Below are positions 49,012 to 58,628 of a stretch of DNA of 64,000 bases, in pieces. The first letter of the stretch is position 1. Each line of letters begins with the position of its first letter. The stretch is from a virus. Taxonomy: Duplodnaviria > Caudoviricetes. A program made the position numbers and the translations under genes. The notes below the pieces were generated by a model. It was not told where the DNA came from. It ran no database searches and saw only the letters and a program-made list of their open reading frames with translations. The DNA lies in IMG/VR virus record IMGVR_UViG_3300029288_000106, positions 32,001-96,000 of that record; one strand, given 5' to 3'.

Positions 49012-50255
49012 TCTTTCCTCATTCTTCTGCTAGACCGAATTAATGTTGGTGACGATCCAGTATTAATACCACTTCGGGTAAGAAGAAGCCTGGTGAGAAA
49101 CACTTTTCCAAGGATATGAATAACTCTTTCTACTAACCAGTATCCTTGATATGTATGTATATTATTTGCACTTCCAATATATGATCTTATCATAGGAAGC
49201 TCAACAATATCTCCAGGATATAAATCATTCACTCCTATAGTAGTTATCCATATCTTAGATAAATTAATAAGTTTACAATAATGCTCATTGATAGCTTGAG
49301 CCTTTGGAATAGCCATGAAATCATTATTTCTGCCATAATAGGGTGCTGAAATATTATTTTCTGCTTTATCTTCTATATCTATTGAAAAATATTCAGATAA
49401 AGACAAAAAATGATCAAAAGCAAAACCATCTACTTCTTCAGTCATTTGATAAGATTGTCTAATAAATTCACCACTCATGTAATCAAAATAAGAATAATCT
49501 TTTCCTAATAAACCAGTTGTTCCTAGTAACATTCCACTGTCAAACATTCTATATTCAAGAATAGGCAGATTTATTTCACTGGATTGTAAATCTTGTTTAA
49601 CTGTATTTCCAAGTATAAAACTATATTTTGAATTTTCTTGACACATATCTAATAAATTTTTAAATACAAATACTTTATCTGATTCAACACATTTAAAGAA
49701 AGAATAAAAACCAGCTTCTCCTTTGCTACCTAGAAGATTAGTTTTTAAAAAATTAATAAATTCTCCGTTAGGCCAATTTGCTTGTAATAAGATTTTCTCA
49801 GCAGTTAAAGAAGGACTAATTTCTGATAAATTAGCTCCCAACTCTTCTCCTAGTGATGTTAAAGAATTTCTAATTACTCCTGAAAATGCTCTTACTTTAC
49901 TTGGAGAAAATAAATTATCCACTTTAAGTAATCCATTAAGGATATACTGTGAATCAGAATTAGGCTTCCGTCGATATATATCAAATTCAAAAACAGTAGC
50001 ATTTTCTCTACCTTTTCCTAACAAACCTGAAACTTCAATAAATAATCTACCTAAATCTCGATCAAAAGGAACTACATGAGTAAAAAATCCAGCCGAATCT
50101 TGAAGAGTAAAATCAAGAGTAGGAAGGAATCTATTGATATCTTGAGTAATGTATAACTCGTCTATTTGATTTGCATCAATAGCAAGAGGTGTTCTATCTC
50201 GAGATTCCCTACTTCGACGAAAAGTAATTGTCAAGTAATAAGGTAAATTTGTCAT
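49008..50255 (-). CDS. Baseplate hub protein (gp27/gpD-like)
   Basis: Position; PGDIVEL..GYWLVERVIH. Confidence 0.65.
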   Translation of the reverse strand: MTNLPYYLTITFRRSRESRDRTPLAIDANQIDELYITQDINRFLPTLDFTLQDSAGFFTHVVPFDRDLGRLFIEVSGLLGKGRENATVFEFDIYRRKPNSDSQYILNGLLKVDNLFSPSKVRAFSGVIRNSLTSLGEELGANLSEISPSLTAEKILLQANWPNGEFINFLKTNLLGSKGEAGFYSFFKCVESDKVFVFKNLLDMCQENSKYSFILGNTVKQDLQSSEINLPILEYRMFDSGMLLGTTGLLGKDYSYFDYMSGEFIRQSYQMTEEVDGFAFDHFLSLSEYFSIDIEDKAENNISAPYYGRNNDFMAIPKAQAINEHYCKLINLSKIWITTIGVNDLYPGDIVELPMIRSYIGSANNIHTYQGYWLVERVIHILGKVFLTRLLLTRSGINTGSSPTLIRSSRRMRKE

Positions 50256-50560
50256 CTTCTTATCTTGTACTTTTGATAAAATTCGGTTATATCATGTAAA
50301 TTAGGTAGCATTATTATATCTCCAACTTCCAAATCATCAAAAGGAGATATTATTTTATTAGCAACAAGTATAACTTGCCAATACCTTTCAGTATTATAAT
50401 TTTTCCACGAAATCAAATCAGGAACTCCAATATCTTCTTGCACAACTCTGTAATAAGCTGGAGTTCTTCTCATCTCAAAAGAAGAGATTGGATTATCAAG
50501 AAAATCCAATTCTTTAGCACCATCAACAGTAACAATTTTATGTATTTTAGTTAAATTCAT
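50252..50560 (-). CDS. gp53-like LysM baseplate protein
   Basis: PDLISWKNY..YWQVILVAN..P. Confidence 0.8.
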   Translation of the reverse strand: MNLTKIHKIVTVDGAKELDFLDNPISSFEMRRTPAYYRVVQEDIGVPDLISWKNYNTERYWQVILVANKIISPFDDLEVGDIIMLPNLHDITEFYQKYKIRR

Positions 50561-51411
50561 ACATAATTCTCATAATTCCCTGCTCCAGATGCAATGGTAT
50601 CTGGTTGAGAATCAATTCTAGTATATATATTATCAAGCGTTTCTTTAGTTATTATTTCATAAGTCTGAAATTGTATAGTAGCAAGAGCTCCAATTGGCAT
50701 ACCACCACTCAAAAATTTATTTGGTATTTCAATAGATATATTTTTAACAATAACATTCTTAAAGGTCAAAAATCGACCAAAAAATATGTCAATTTGTTCT
50801 TCAATGGGTATACTCTGCCCTAGATTTTCTAGTACATATCCTCTTAATCCAGCATATGGAGTAGGGCCAGGAGGAGATAGTAAAGATTCAAGCAAATATT
50901 TTTTTGCATTGCTTGAATCAGAATCATGACCACTAAATGGAAGACTAAGTCTCTGTAATTCTCTGCATGGAGCAACAACTTCTCTCTCAGCATTGTTAAC
51001 AGCTTTAAATTGCATAGGAATAGAGAAAGAAATTGGATCTGTGCCTGTCCATAATCGCCTTGATGTGTACTTTCCAACAAGGGATCTATATACTCCTGCG
51101 GTTGAAAGTTCTTCAGCAAGCTTAGTTGCAACAGATGCAGCAGTAAGCGAAGACCAATGAGCTTCGGTTTGCATAGAAAGTTTATCTTGAATTAATGCTG
51201 ATATGATAACAGTTTTAACACCATTTCCTATATATCCAGATGGTCTATGATCTACAACACGAAGCATATACTCAGGAGCAGCTTCAGATTCTAAAACTCC
51301 TACAAACTCTATATCACTCTTTGCTTGAATACCAGAAATAACCCCAGTTTGATTTGCCGAAGTAAATATTTTTTCCCAAGTTACAAAATCCATATTACGA
51401 TAATTTGGCAC
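50557..51411 (-). CDS. Tail tube initiator/cap-like protein
   Basis: Position between tape measure and LysM gene; tube-like beta pattern. Confidence 0.55.
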   Translation of the reverse strand: MPNYRNMDFVTWEKIFTSANQTGVISGIQAKSDIEFVGVLESEAAPEYMLRVVDHRPSGYIGNGVKTVIISALIQDKLSMQTEAHWSSLTAASVATKLAEELSTAGVYRSLVGKYTSRRLWTGTDPISFSIPMQFKAVNNAEREVVAPCRELQRLSLPFSGHDSDSSNAKKYLLESLLSPPGPTPYAGLRGYVLENLGQSIPIEEQIDIFFGRFLTFKNVIVKNISIEIPNKFLSGGMPIGALATIQFQTYEIITKETLDNIYTRIDSQPDTIASGAGNYENYV

Positions 51412-53238
51412 TTATATATCTCCCATCACACCAAATGTATTCAAACGATTCAACAATGGATCAGATGAATCAAATGGTGGAACTAAAAACCCTCTTCCCA
51501 AAACAGGTTGTGTAGATTGAGATTTATTGATACCTTCATTAATTTTTTCAAGTAATTGAATTTGTTTTATTGCTAAATCTTCATTTGCTTTTTCAGTTAA
51601 TTTTCTTTCAGAATTGACTTTCTCAACAGTCTGAGCATAATCTGGTGAATCCAGCACTTTAACAGCTTCTCGAATATCTCGTTGGTTAAGTAAAAATAAA
51701 TCTCGTTCAGCTTGTGTAGATAAATTAGAAGGAAAAATTGTTTCTGGTACAAGTTTACTAGAAAAACTATCTTCTTCACTAGTCTTCATAAAAGGAAATT
51801 TTTGTGTTTTCTTAAACCATTGCCATAAATCCTTGATAGCTCTAAACTGCTGTTGAGTTTTTTGTATACCATCTGTTGAAGACTTTGTCATACCTAAAGA
51901 TTTTTCTAAATTATCTGTCTGCTCAAAAGTTGTATTAAATACAGAATGAGTATAATAGCCGAGTCTGTTCCAAAAGCCTTTTTTGCCTTGTCCTTCTGAA
52001 GAATTTAATTTATTTGTTAATTTTTTCCAAAAATCACTGGCCCAAACTACAGTTCCTGAAGCTAAAATTGTTGCTCCTCCTACTATAGCTATTGTTGTAA
52101 TTCCGGATAAAAATCTTGTTAATGATGCACCTACTGCCCCTCCAATTATTGAATCTACAATTCCACCTTCGCTTCCTCCTGTTCCTCTCCCACCACGAAG
52201 AGCTTTCAATACATCTCTTGTCCATCCAGCTGTGTATGCTCTTTTGTTAAAGAAATAAAATAAAGATTCAGTTGATTCTTCTTTTTTCCTGCGACTGAGT
52301 AATCTAAAAGGTGTTCTACCAGAAGTAGATTCAGATAAACTAGGTTGATTAAATTGTGAAGTAACATTAGGAGAACCACCAATATCTTCCTCTAAACTTG
52401 CATCTCCTCCTGATCTACCCATAGCCCAATTATATCCTCCTGCAAAAGGTCGACCCATTGCTTTAAATGGAGCAGCTATTCCTCGACCTAGTAATCTACC
52501 AGTACTAAGTAAACCACCACCGAAAGTGCTCCAAAATCTTTTTTCTCTGAGAGGATTGATTATTCCTCTCATTGCTCCGCCGCCTAAAGCTCCAATGCTT
52601 CTTGCTCCCAGACCTAGAATTTTAGGTAAAGCTAAACCACCACCACTTAAAACAGCAGCAGGGCCAAAAGCAGGACCAAGTAAAGGTGCGGCAATTTGAG
52701 AAGCAAGACCAGCCCCAATAGCAAATCTTGGACTTATTCCAAATGTGTGAAGAGCTGATCCTACTAATCCAGTTGCTCCATAATGATGAGACGATACTTT
52801 TTCTTGCTTTTGTCTTGAACTTTTATTTTTCAAAGTAACTAAAAAATTTAATTGTTTTTTATCGATTTGAGAAGTTTGATGTGCTGCATCAATAATATCT
52901 AGCATAGCCTTAGCTGTAGCTGGATCATTACTAAATACTTGTTGTAGATTATCTACTTCTACTTCAATTGTAGAAAGAGTTTTGTATAACTTCTCAACAT
53001 CAACTTTTCGTGGAACGTCATTTGAATCTTTAGAAAAAACAACATCAATCAAACTAAGAGCTATTTTTATAGAAGAAAGAATTTTTTCTACTTTCTTAGC
53101 TTCTTTATTTGCATTACCCAAATGCTCAACAAAAATAGAATGTAGAGTTTCAAGAAAAGGTATATAAAAATTCTGTAATCGAATTTTATATACTTTTGCT
53201 TCTGCCACACCAAAATTCTTTAGTACTGTTTTTGCCAA
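51412..53238 (-). CDS. Probable tape measure protein
   Basis: 608 aa; helical with G/A-rich hydrophobic segments; canonical position. Confidence 0.6.
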   Translation of the reverse strand: MAKTVLKNFGVAEAKVYKIRLQNFYIPFLETLHSIFVEHLGNANKEAKKVEKILSSIKIALSLIDVVFSKDSNDVPRKVDVEKLYKTLSTIEVEVDNLQQVFSNDPATAKAMLDIIDAAHQTSQIDKKQLNFLVTLKNKSSRQKQEKVSSHHYGATGLVGSALHTFGISPRFAIGAGLASQIAAPLLGPAFGPAAVLSGGGLALPKILGLGARSIGALGGGAMRGIINPLREKRFWSTFGGGLLSTGRLLGRGIAAPFKAMGRPFAGGYNWAMGRSGGDASLEEDIGGSPNVTSQFNQPSLSESTSGRTPFRLLSRRKKEESTESLFYFFNKRAYTAGWTRDVLKALRGGRGTGGSEGGIVDSIIGGAVGASLTRFLSGITTIAIVGGATILASGTVVWASDFWKKLTNKLNSSEGQGKKGFWNRLGYYTHSVFNTTFEQTDNLEKSLGMTKSSTDGIQKTQQQFRAIKDLWQWFKKTQKFPFMKTSEEDSFSSKLVPETIFPSNLSTQAERDLFLLNQRDIREAVKVLDSPDYAQTVEKVNSERKLTEKANEDLAIKQIQLLEKINEGINKSQSTQPVLGRGFLVPPFDSSDPLLNRLNTFGVMGDI

Positions 53239-53448
53239 TGTATTGGACCTTGTCTTTCCAAATTATTTTTTTCGGTTTCTTTTTTCTTCTGCTTAATACT
53301 TACTAATTTATCAAAAATCCACCACAACTCTTTTATTGTTGTTTCTTTTATATCGGAAACAACATGATAATATTGAAGATAAAAATTACGAGTTTTAATA
53401 TTTTCAAAATCACTATTCAGTAAGAATAAATCTGTCGAATCGAAAGGG
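53220..53448 (-). CDS. gp51/GT-like tail assembly segment, probably reached by frameshift
   Basis: NFYLQYYH..ELWWIFDKL..KKKE; no credible own start. Confidence 0.5.
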
Positions 53449-54102
53449 TATAAGCACTTCGCTTTCATACTCACATTTAGGACATTCAATACTAGCTTGC
53501 ATATCGGGCCCATGAGTATATTTTACTCGCCAATCTCTTATTTTCTGAATTTCTGATCCTTTTGCTTTTCTCAAGAATTCTACTCGTTCAACAACATTAA
53601 ATTCAGGATCATCTGGTAAGATTGTTAATGCATAATCATATAAATGTTTAGATTTTCCTGAAGGATCGTAATCTAAAATTTCTATTTCATCCCAGAGCGT
53701 AGGCAGTCGCAATTTTAACTTCTTTCCTTCAACTACAACTTCACCAGGTGGAACAAATGTTGTTGGTAATTCAACTGAATTTATCTTGTTTAAATCAGCC
53801 GATACATCGGAAAATTTTCCACAATTCATACATGCAAATCTAAACGGATATTTATTTGAATACGAATTTATTACTAACCATAAAGCAATAAAATTTGCAT
53901 CCCCCGAAGTAAGAATTTTTGGGTCAACACCTTGTAAAACACTTTGAAATACTTGAATTAATTTTTTCTTCACATTCTGCTTTAACACAGCAATTAATTC
54001 TTCCTCAGCTCCAGTAAGAGGCTTGATCTTAACGGTAGAGGGGTTGATTCCGTAAGTTATGCATCTCGAAGGTAGTTCAATTTGAACAAAATTTGCACTC
54101 AT
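53413..54102 (-). CDS. T4 gp26-like baseplate/tail assembly chaperone
   Basis: IELPS, EEE, CMNC, LRLPT, CPKC. Confidence 0.75.
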   Translation of the reverse strand: MSANFVQIELPSRCITYGINPSTVKIKPLTGAEEELIAVLKQNVKKKLIQVFQSVLQGVDPKILTSGDANFIALWLVINSYSNKYPFRFACMNCGKFSDVSADLNKINSVELPTTFVPPGEVVVEGKKLKLRLPTLWDEIEILDYDPSGKSKHLYDYALTILPDDPEFNVVERVEFLRKAKGSEIQKIRDWRVKYTHGPDMQASIECPKCEYESEVLIPFRFDRFILTE

Positions 54103-54118
54103 CTTTTTTCTCCTTGTT

Positions 54119-54703
54119 TTATTTATTTATAAGTTTACTAGCAACAGATTTTACTCCACTTTGAACATCACTTATTACTTGACCTAAAGCTTCAAAATCA
54201 AAACTAATATCATCAAATCGAAGTGTAATTTCATGCTTCTTAACATCTTCTGTAGCATAAGCTAAATCATCGTATTTTGGAAAAGTTATTGGCCAAGCTC
54301 CTTTTAGAACTATCATATTTGATGGAATGCCGGTTCTATCAAAAAGAATAACATACACACGTTTCTTATATTGACTTGCTAAGCCATAAAGTCCTTTTTT
54401 ATTAATTATCAAATCCCGCCAAGTATTGAAATATAAAGAAACAACATCTGGAACAGGAGCAACAAAAGTTAAATATGCTGGCTGAAGTACAGCAGAATCA
54501 GGAAAGAATAGATTTCGGGCTCCTCTCTTTATTTCAACACTATTCAAATCATACTGACCTACTTTTACAGACTGACAGAATCTTGAAACAAACCATCCGT
54601 CTACAAGCATGTTATATAAAGAAGGAAGAATAACCTCAAAGTTATAAGTCCTTTGTATGCCCAAGTAAGATGGATATTTAGATGTTGTCTCAAGTAAATT
54701 CAT
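54119..54703 (-). CDS. Tail tube-like protein (gp19/gp54 paralog)
   Basis: LKGAWP..L.Y..ITLRFD. Confidence 0.7.
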   Translation of the reverse strand: MNLLETTSKYPSYLGIQRTYNFEVILPSLYNMLVDGWFVSRFCQSVKVGQYDLNSVEIKRGARNLFFPDSAVLQPAYLTFVAPVPDVVSLYFNTWRDLIINKKGLYGLASQYKKRVYVILFDRTGIPSNMIVLKGAWPITFPKYDDLAYATEDVKKHEITLRFDDISFDFEALGQVISDVQSGVKSVASKLINK

Positions 54704-55215
54704 TAATCAACCTTCAACCATTCATTGAAAGCCATAACTACACTAAAATCTAATTCTTTCTCACTACTCTGATCAAGAGTTTTCTCTTCAATGAGTTTAG
54801 GATAACTTCCAGTCATTTTATATCTCATAGCAACCACTCCAGTTGTATTCAAAAGATTAAGATATAGGTCTCTTCGATATCCTGGTTCCCCTTGGCTCAA
54901 TCCAGTTTTGATATCAACTATCATATTCATCCACTGATAGAAAGTAAGAAAGATTGCTCTATCTTCACCTTCATGGAATGTTAATGGTAAATGATGAGAA
55001 AGATTGAGTTTACCAGGATATATCACACCAGGCCCCTGTTTAAAGGGAATAATAATATCCCCAAAATCTCTTCCTGGCAGCACAGAACTTTTACATCGAA
55101 GCAATAAGCTTTGAACACTACCAAAAGGAGGATTAGGAAAAATCATTTCAAACAAGTACTCTCTTGCTGGATTGAGAAGATTATTACTCAATGCACTTGT
55201 AGCCATTTCAGCCAT
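54703..55215 (-). CDS. Tail tube protein (gp19-like)
   Basis: CKSSVLPG, YPG, LTFHE, GSYP; follows sheath. Confidence 0.85.
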   Translation of the reverse strand: MAEMATSALSNNLLNPAREYLFEMIFPNPPFGSVQSLLLRCKSSVLPGRDFGDIIIPFKQGPGVIYPGKLNLSHHLPLTFHEGEDRAIFLTFYQWMNMIVDIKTGLSQGEPGYRRDLYLNLLNTTGVVAMRYKMTGSYPKLIEEKTLDQSSEKELDFSVVMAFNEWLKVD

Positions 55216-55248
55216 TTTTTATACTCCTTGTATATTAAAATTTAATTT

Positions 55249-56904
55249 TTAAAACATTACACCTTTAGCTATCAATTCAGTAAACGAAGCACCAGTTGTT
55301 GTAATAATTGTTTGAAGCTGAATTATACGAGCAACTCTGATAGGCTTGACAAATATATCAACATGTAATTCAGTTCGATCTATAACAGTTGGTGTATTAT
55401 TTGTAGTATCACAAACAACTAAAAATCCTTCGTCTCCTGCTTCTACTTGGAAAGCTCCTTTAGATGCAAGCATACTTAAATATTCATCACACACAGCTTT
55501 AACTCTAAATCGAGTCAACTCATTATTTGGCTCAAACAAGAAGTCTTCCAGTGCAATTGAAATTGCTTTTTCCATGACAATCAATAATCTGCGTACATTG
55601 ATCTGACTCAAAGCTGAAGTCTTTTTCTGTTGTGTTAACTGATCAAATATTGTTGTTCCTCTTCCTCTGAAAAATTGAATTGGATTAATACCAACAGCAC
55701 ACAACGAATCCATTTCACCTTGCGTAAATGGATCATCTTCTACTATCCCCAATACATCAAGCTTTCCTCTATTATGCCCAGCAGGAGCAGTCCACGGTTC
55801 TCCAACATAATCATTATAAGCAAACTGAGCTGCAATATAGCCGGAGGCTGGAACTTCAAGTACCCTATCATTATAAGGATCGTTTATTTTTACCCATCCA
55901 GCATAAAGAGCTGTATAACTTGAATCATAAGCTTGAGTTGTATTTCTATATGTAAGCATCTTATCAATACTATCAATTTCATCATAAGGAATATCTAGTA
56001 TTCCCATGCAATCTTTTCTATACTCAGCAACTGCTTTTATTGCATCCTGTATAGTTTTGACGTCATCAGTTGTATGAGATGAAGTAAAACATCCACCAAT
56101 AAGTATTCGAATATCATAGTTAGCTGGATTGTAGAATGAATACCAACCAGATCCAGATGCTTGAACACCAGCAATTTGATTAGCTGTTGGAATTGATCCA
56201 TCACTACCACCGCCAAGACTTACAGCTGTAGTATTGCCTTTTGGTACTTCTGTATCTGCTCTGTTTGTATTATCTGCCACAACTATATAATCACTAGCAT
56301 CATTAATTACAGATTCAAGATAGAGTTGCTTACCATTACCATCTATTTTATTCTTCTTCGATACTTTCCATTTTTCAACCAGAGTTGTATTTCCCTCTGA
56401 ATCTGTGAAATACACGTTAATAACAAAGGTGTATTGATCTGTAACAACTTCTTCTGTTCCATCTTTTATATTTGTAATTGTAATGCTAATATTCTCCCCC
56501 CAAACTCCTGGATCTTTTGCAAAAATTGAAAATAGCTCATCAGCAAAATCTGAATCCACAAAATATGTGGGTGTTGACTGTCCGATAGAAAAGGCTTCAC
56601 TATCTCCAGATGCTTCATCAGTCATAACATGCATACCTGGATATAATGCACCATTTATTACTCGCCTGCAATACAACTGAATACCTTTAGTAAGAAATGC
56701 TAGTGCAGAATAATGAAAGTAATTTCCAGGCACAGGTTCACCATATTCAGCAATAAACTGCTGTTGAGTAGTGATCAACCTAACACTCGTGCTGCCTTTT
56801 ACAGAATATCCAACCAGTGCACCTGTAGTTGTGGATATTGCAGGAACAAGAGTTGACAAATCTTTTTCTTTCGAATAAACACCTGGGCTAATGTAAATTC
56901 CCAT
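55249..56904 (-). CDS. Contractile tail sheath protein (gp18-like)
   Basis: SPGVY, PWTAPAG..RG, INVRRL, FEPN, CDTTNN. Confidence 0.95.
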   Translation of the reverse strand: MGIYISPGVYSKEKDLSTLVPAISTTTGALVGYSVKGSTSVRLITTQQQFIAEYGEPVPGNYFHYSALAFLTKGIQLYCRRVINGALYPGMHVMTDEASGDSEAFSIGQSTPTYFVDSDFADELFSIFAKDPGVWGENISITITNIKDGTEEVVTDQYTFVINVYFTDSEGNTTLVEKWKVSKKNKIDGNGKQLYLESVINDASDYIVVADNTNRADTEVPKGNTTAVSLGGGSDGSIPTANQIAGVQASGSGWYSFYNPANYDIRILIGGCFTSSHTTDDVKTIQDAIKAVAEYRKDCMGILDIPYDEIDSIDKMLTYRNTTQAYDSSYTALYAGWVKINDPYNDRVLEVPASGYIAAQFAYNDYVGEPWTAPAGHNRGKLDVLGIVEDDPFTQGEMDSLCAVGINPIQFFRGRGTTIFDQLTQQKKTSALSQINVRRLLIVMEKAISIALEDFLFEPNNELTRFRVKAVCDEYLSMLASKGAFQVEAGDEGFLVVCDTTNNTPTVIDRTELHVDIFVKPIRVARIIQLQTIITTTGASFTELIAKGVMF

Positions 56905-56926
56905 TTTAACAATCTCCTAATATTTA

Positions 56927-57643
56927 TTAAGTTACAATTTTTGTAAAAAGCTTTAACGCAGCTTCTAGTTCTATATTTTGATCTGAATCCACAACAATAA
57001 TTTCTTCATAGTTTACAGTCTCTAGATCATCTTTGTCATAGCAAGAAATATGAATAGAAGTAATCACTCCTTCTTCAGATGGAACAGTAAATACCATACC
57101 ATCTAAAGATATAGAAGTTTTCTGAATATACATCCTGCCCTTCTCAAATTGTTGATCTACTGTTGACTCATCTATAATTCTATTAAAATGCAAATCGTAA
57201 GATAATGGATATATCTCTCTGTATTGCATGTACAAATTTGGATCATCTTGTTGCCAGAAGAGATAAGTTTCAATAATGCTATTCAATTTATCTCTATCAT
57301 GAGTCCAGAACCAAACATCAAAAGTTAAAGCCACTGGAATAGCTTTTATATTTGTATAAATAATTCTTTGACCTTCATCAGTATAATTAACATCAACACC
57401 TCTTCGGGCAGCTGGCGTACTCATTCTCTTCCAATCTAAAACTACGTCGGTTCGCCAGATATTAATAAACTCAAGTTTAGTTTTATTCTTTTTCTCAGCA
57501 AGTTCTCGTAATGCAGTTTCTTTTGGATAAAATACAACACTTTTATTTACACTCTCTAGACTGAGTATATCTGAAAACTTTGTAAACAATAAAGTTCTCA
57601 ATCCTACATCAATCAAACCTAATGTTGTTGTTGGCTGTGGCAT
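56927..57643 (-). CDS. Probable tail terminator/completion protein
   Basis: Position upstream of sheath; IPVALTFDVWFW. Confidence 0.55.
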   Translation of the reverse strand: MPQPTTTLGLIDVGLRTLLFTKFSDILSLESVNKSVVFYPKETALRELAEKKNKTKLEFINIWRTDVVLDWKRMSTPAARRGVDVNYTDEGQRIIYTNIKAIPVALTFDVWFWTHDRDKLNSIIETYLFWQQDDPNLYMQYREIYPLSYDLHFNRIIDESTVDQQFEKGRMYIQKTSISLDGMVFTVPSEEGVITSIHISCYDKDDLETVNYEEIIVVDSDQNIELEAALKLFTKIVT

Positions 57644-57849
57644 TGTTCACTTAACATTCTAATAAACTGATCTGAAACTCTTTTTACAAAACTTTTTGGT
57701 ACCCTTGTTATCATACTTTTAATAACTTTCTCTGGAAAAGATTCAACTTCAAATACTACACCCAATTCTCTATATCCTTTATATTGAGAAAATATAGCAT
57801 TAGCTAAAAGTTTTTCTGATGCTTGATTGGTATCAAATTTCTTAGCCAT
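57619..57849 (-). CDS. Hypothetical protein
   Basis: 76-aa co-oriented ORF. Confidence 0.6.
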   Translation of the reverse strand: MAKKFDTNQASEKLLANAIFSQYKGYRELGVVFEVESFPEKVIKSMITRVPKSFVKRVSDQFIRMLSEQCHSQQQH

Positions 57850-58045
57850 CTATTCTCTGCTTTCCACTTGGTCTAACAATCTCATTCAGACTTGGTGTTA
57901 TTTCTACACCACTCCATTTTTGATCATCAGCTATCTCAATATTCTCAGCTTGACTACCAGGAGGTAAATTTATAGTTCCTCCACTTTTAAGTGCAACTGA
58001 AACATTATCAGTTAACGATTTATTTTTTACTTTTGATGCAAACAT
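57842..58045 (-). CDS. Hypothetical protein
   Basis: AAGGAG SD before ATG 58045. Confidence 0.65.
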   Translation of the reverse strand: MFASKVKNKSLTDNVSVALKSGGTINLPPGSQAENIEIADDQKWSGVEITPSLNEIVRPSGKQRIDG

Positions 58046-58076
58046 CTTTTTTCTCCTTGTTCTAATACTTGAATAA

Positions 58077-58121
58077 CTTAGGAGCACGCGTGCTCCTTAA
58101 TGATCTTCCGCTGGTTAATAC
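58077..58121 (-). repeat. Dispersed palindromic element, copy 5 (perfect 18-bp palindrome 58080-58097)
   Basis: Minus strand GTATTAACCAGCGGAAGATCATTAAGGAGCACGCGTGCTCCTAAG. Confidence 0.9.
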
Positions 58122-58144
58122 AAATACACTAATCAAATTAAAAT

Positions 58145-58618
58145 TCAACTTGCTATTCTCCTTGGCACTGCTTTCCACCGCTCAACTGCTACTGCATCAT
58201 GAGCATTATAAATAATCGGAGTAGTTAATATAAATTCTTCATTACCATCAAAACCAGTATTAGTCGGAATAAAAGCAATATCAACTTTAATATAGCTTTT
58301 TCTTAATATATTAATCTTCACTAGATTTCCATTATCATCTACAGCTTCAGTTGGCATCCACACAATTAAAGGCAATTCATTTTCAACGTAAATACCTAAA
58401 GCTTCTAGTCGATGTATATTAGGAGCCCATTCAATATGAGCTTGACAGGTATAATGAATATATTCAATATCGTCAGGTGTCTCATAAACATCATAAGCTT
58501 CGATAGTGCCTAAATTAGATGGAATATACAAGTCAATGTCTATGCCTATAGCACCAATTGAAATGTTATTTACACCCTTCAAATAATTAATTGTTTCTCT
58601 AGGTATTATCTTTGACAT
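58145..58618 (-). CDS. Probable neck/head-completion protein
   Basis: Position; GIDIDLYIP..LEALGIY..ELP..VPRR. Confidence 0.5.
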   Translation of the reverse strand: MSKIIPRETINYLKGVNNISIGAIGIDIDLYIPSNLGTIEAYDVYETPDDIEYIHYTCQAHIEWAPNIHRLEALGIYVENELPLIVWMPTEAVDDNGNLVKINILRKSYIKVDIAFIPTNTGFDGNEEFILTTPIIYNAHDAVAVERWKAVPRRIAS

Positions 58619-58628
58619 AAATCTTTCA

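Noticed and set aside
46045-56904. Bacterial T6SS/eCIS locus
   Set aside because: Embedded with phage replication, early and head-associated genes; no membrane complex genes
58098-58118. Resemblance of the element arm (AACCAGCGGAAGATCATTA) to the 18S rRNA 3' end
   Set aside because: Short, gapped match, weaker in other copies, no flanking rRNA sequence
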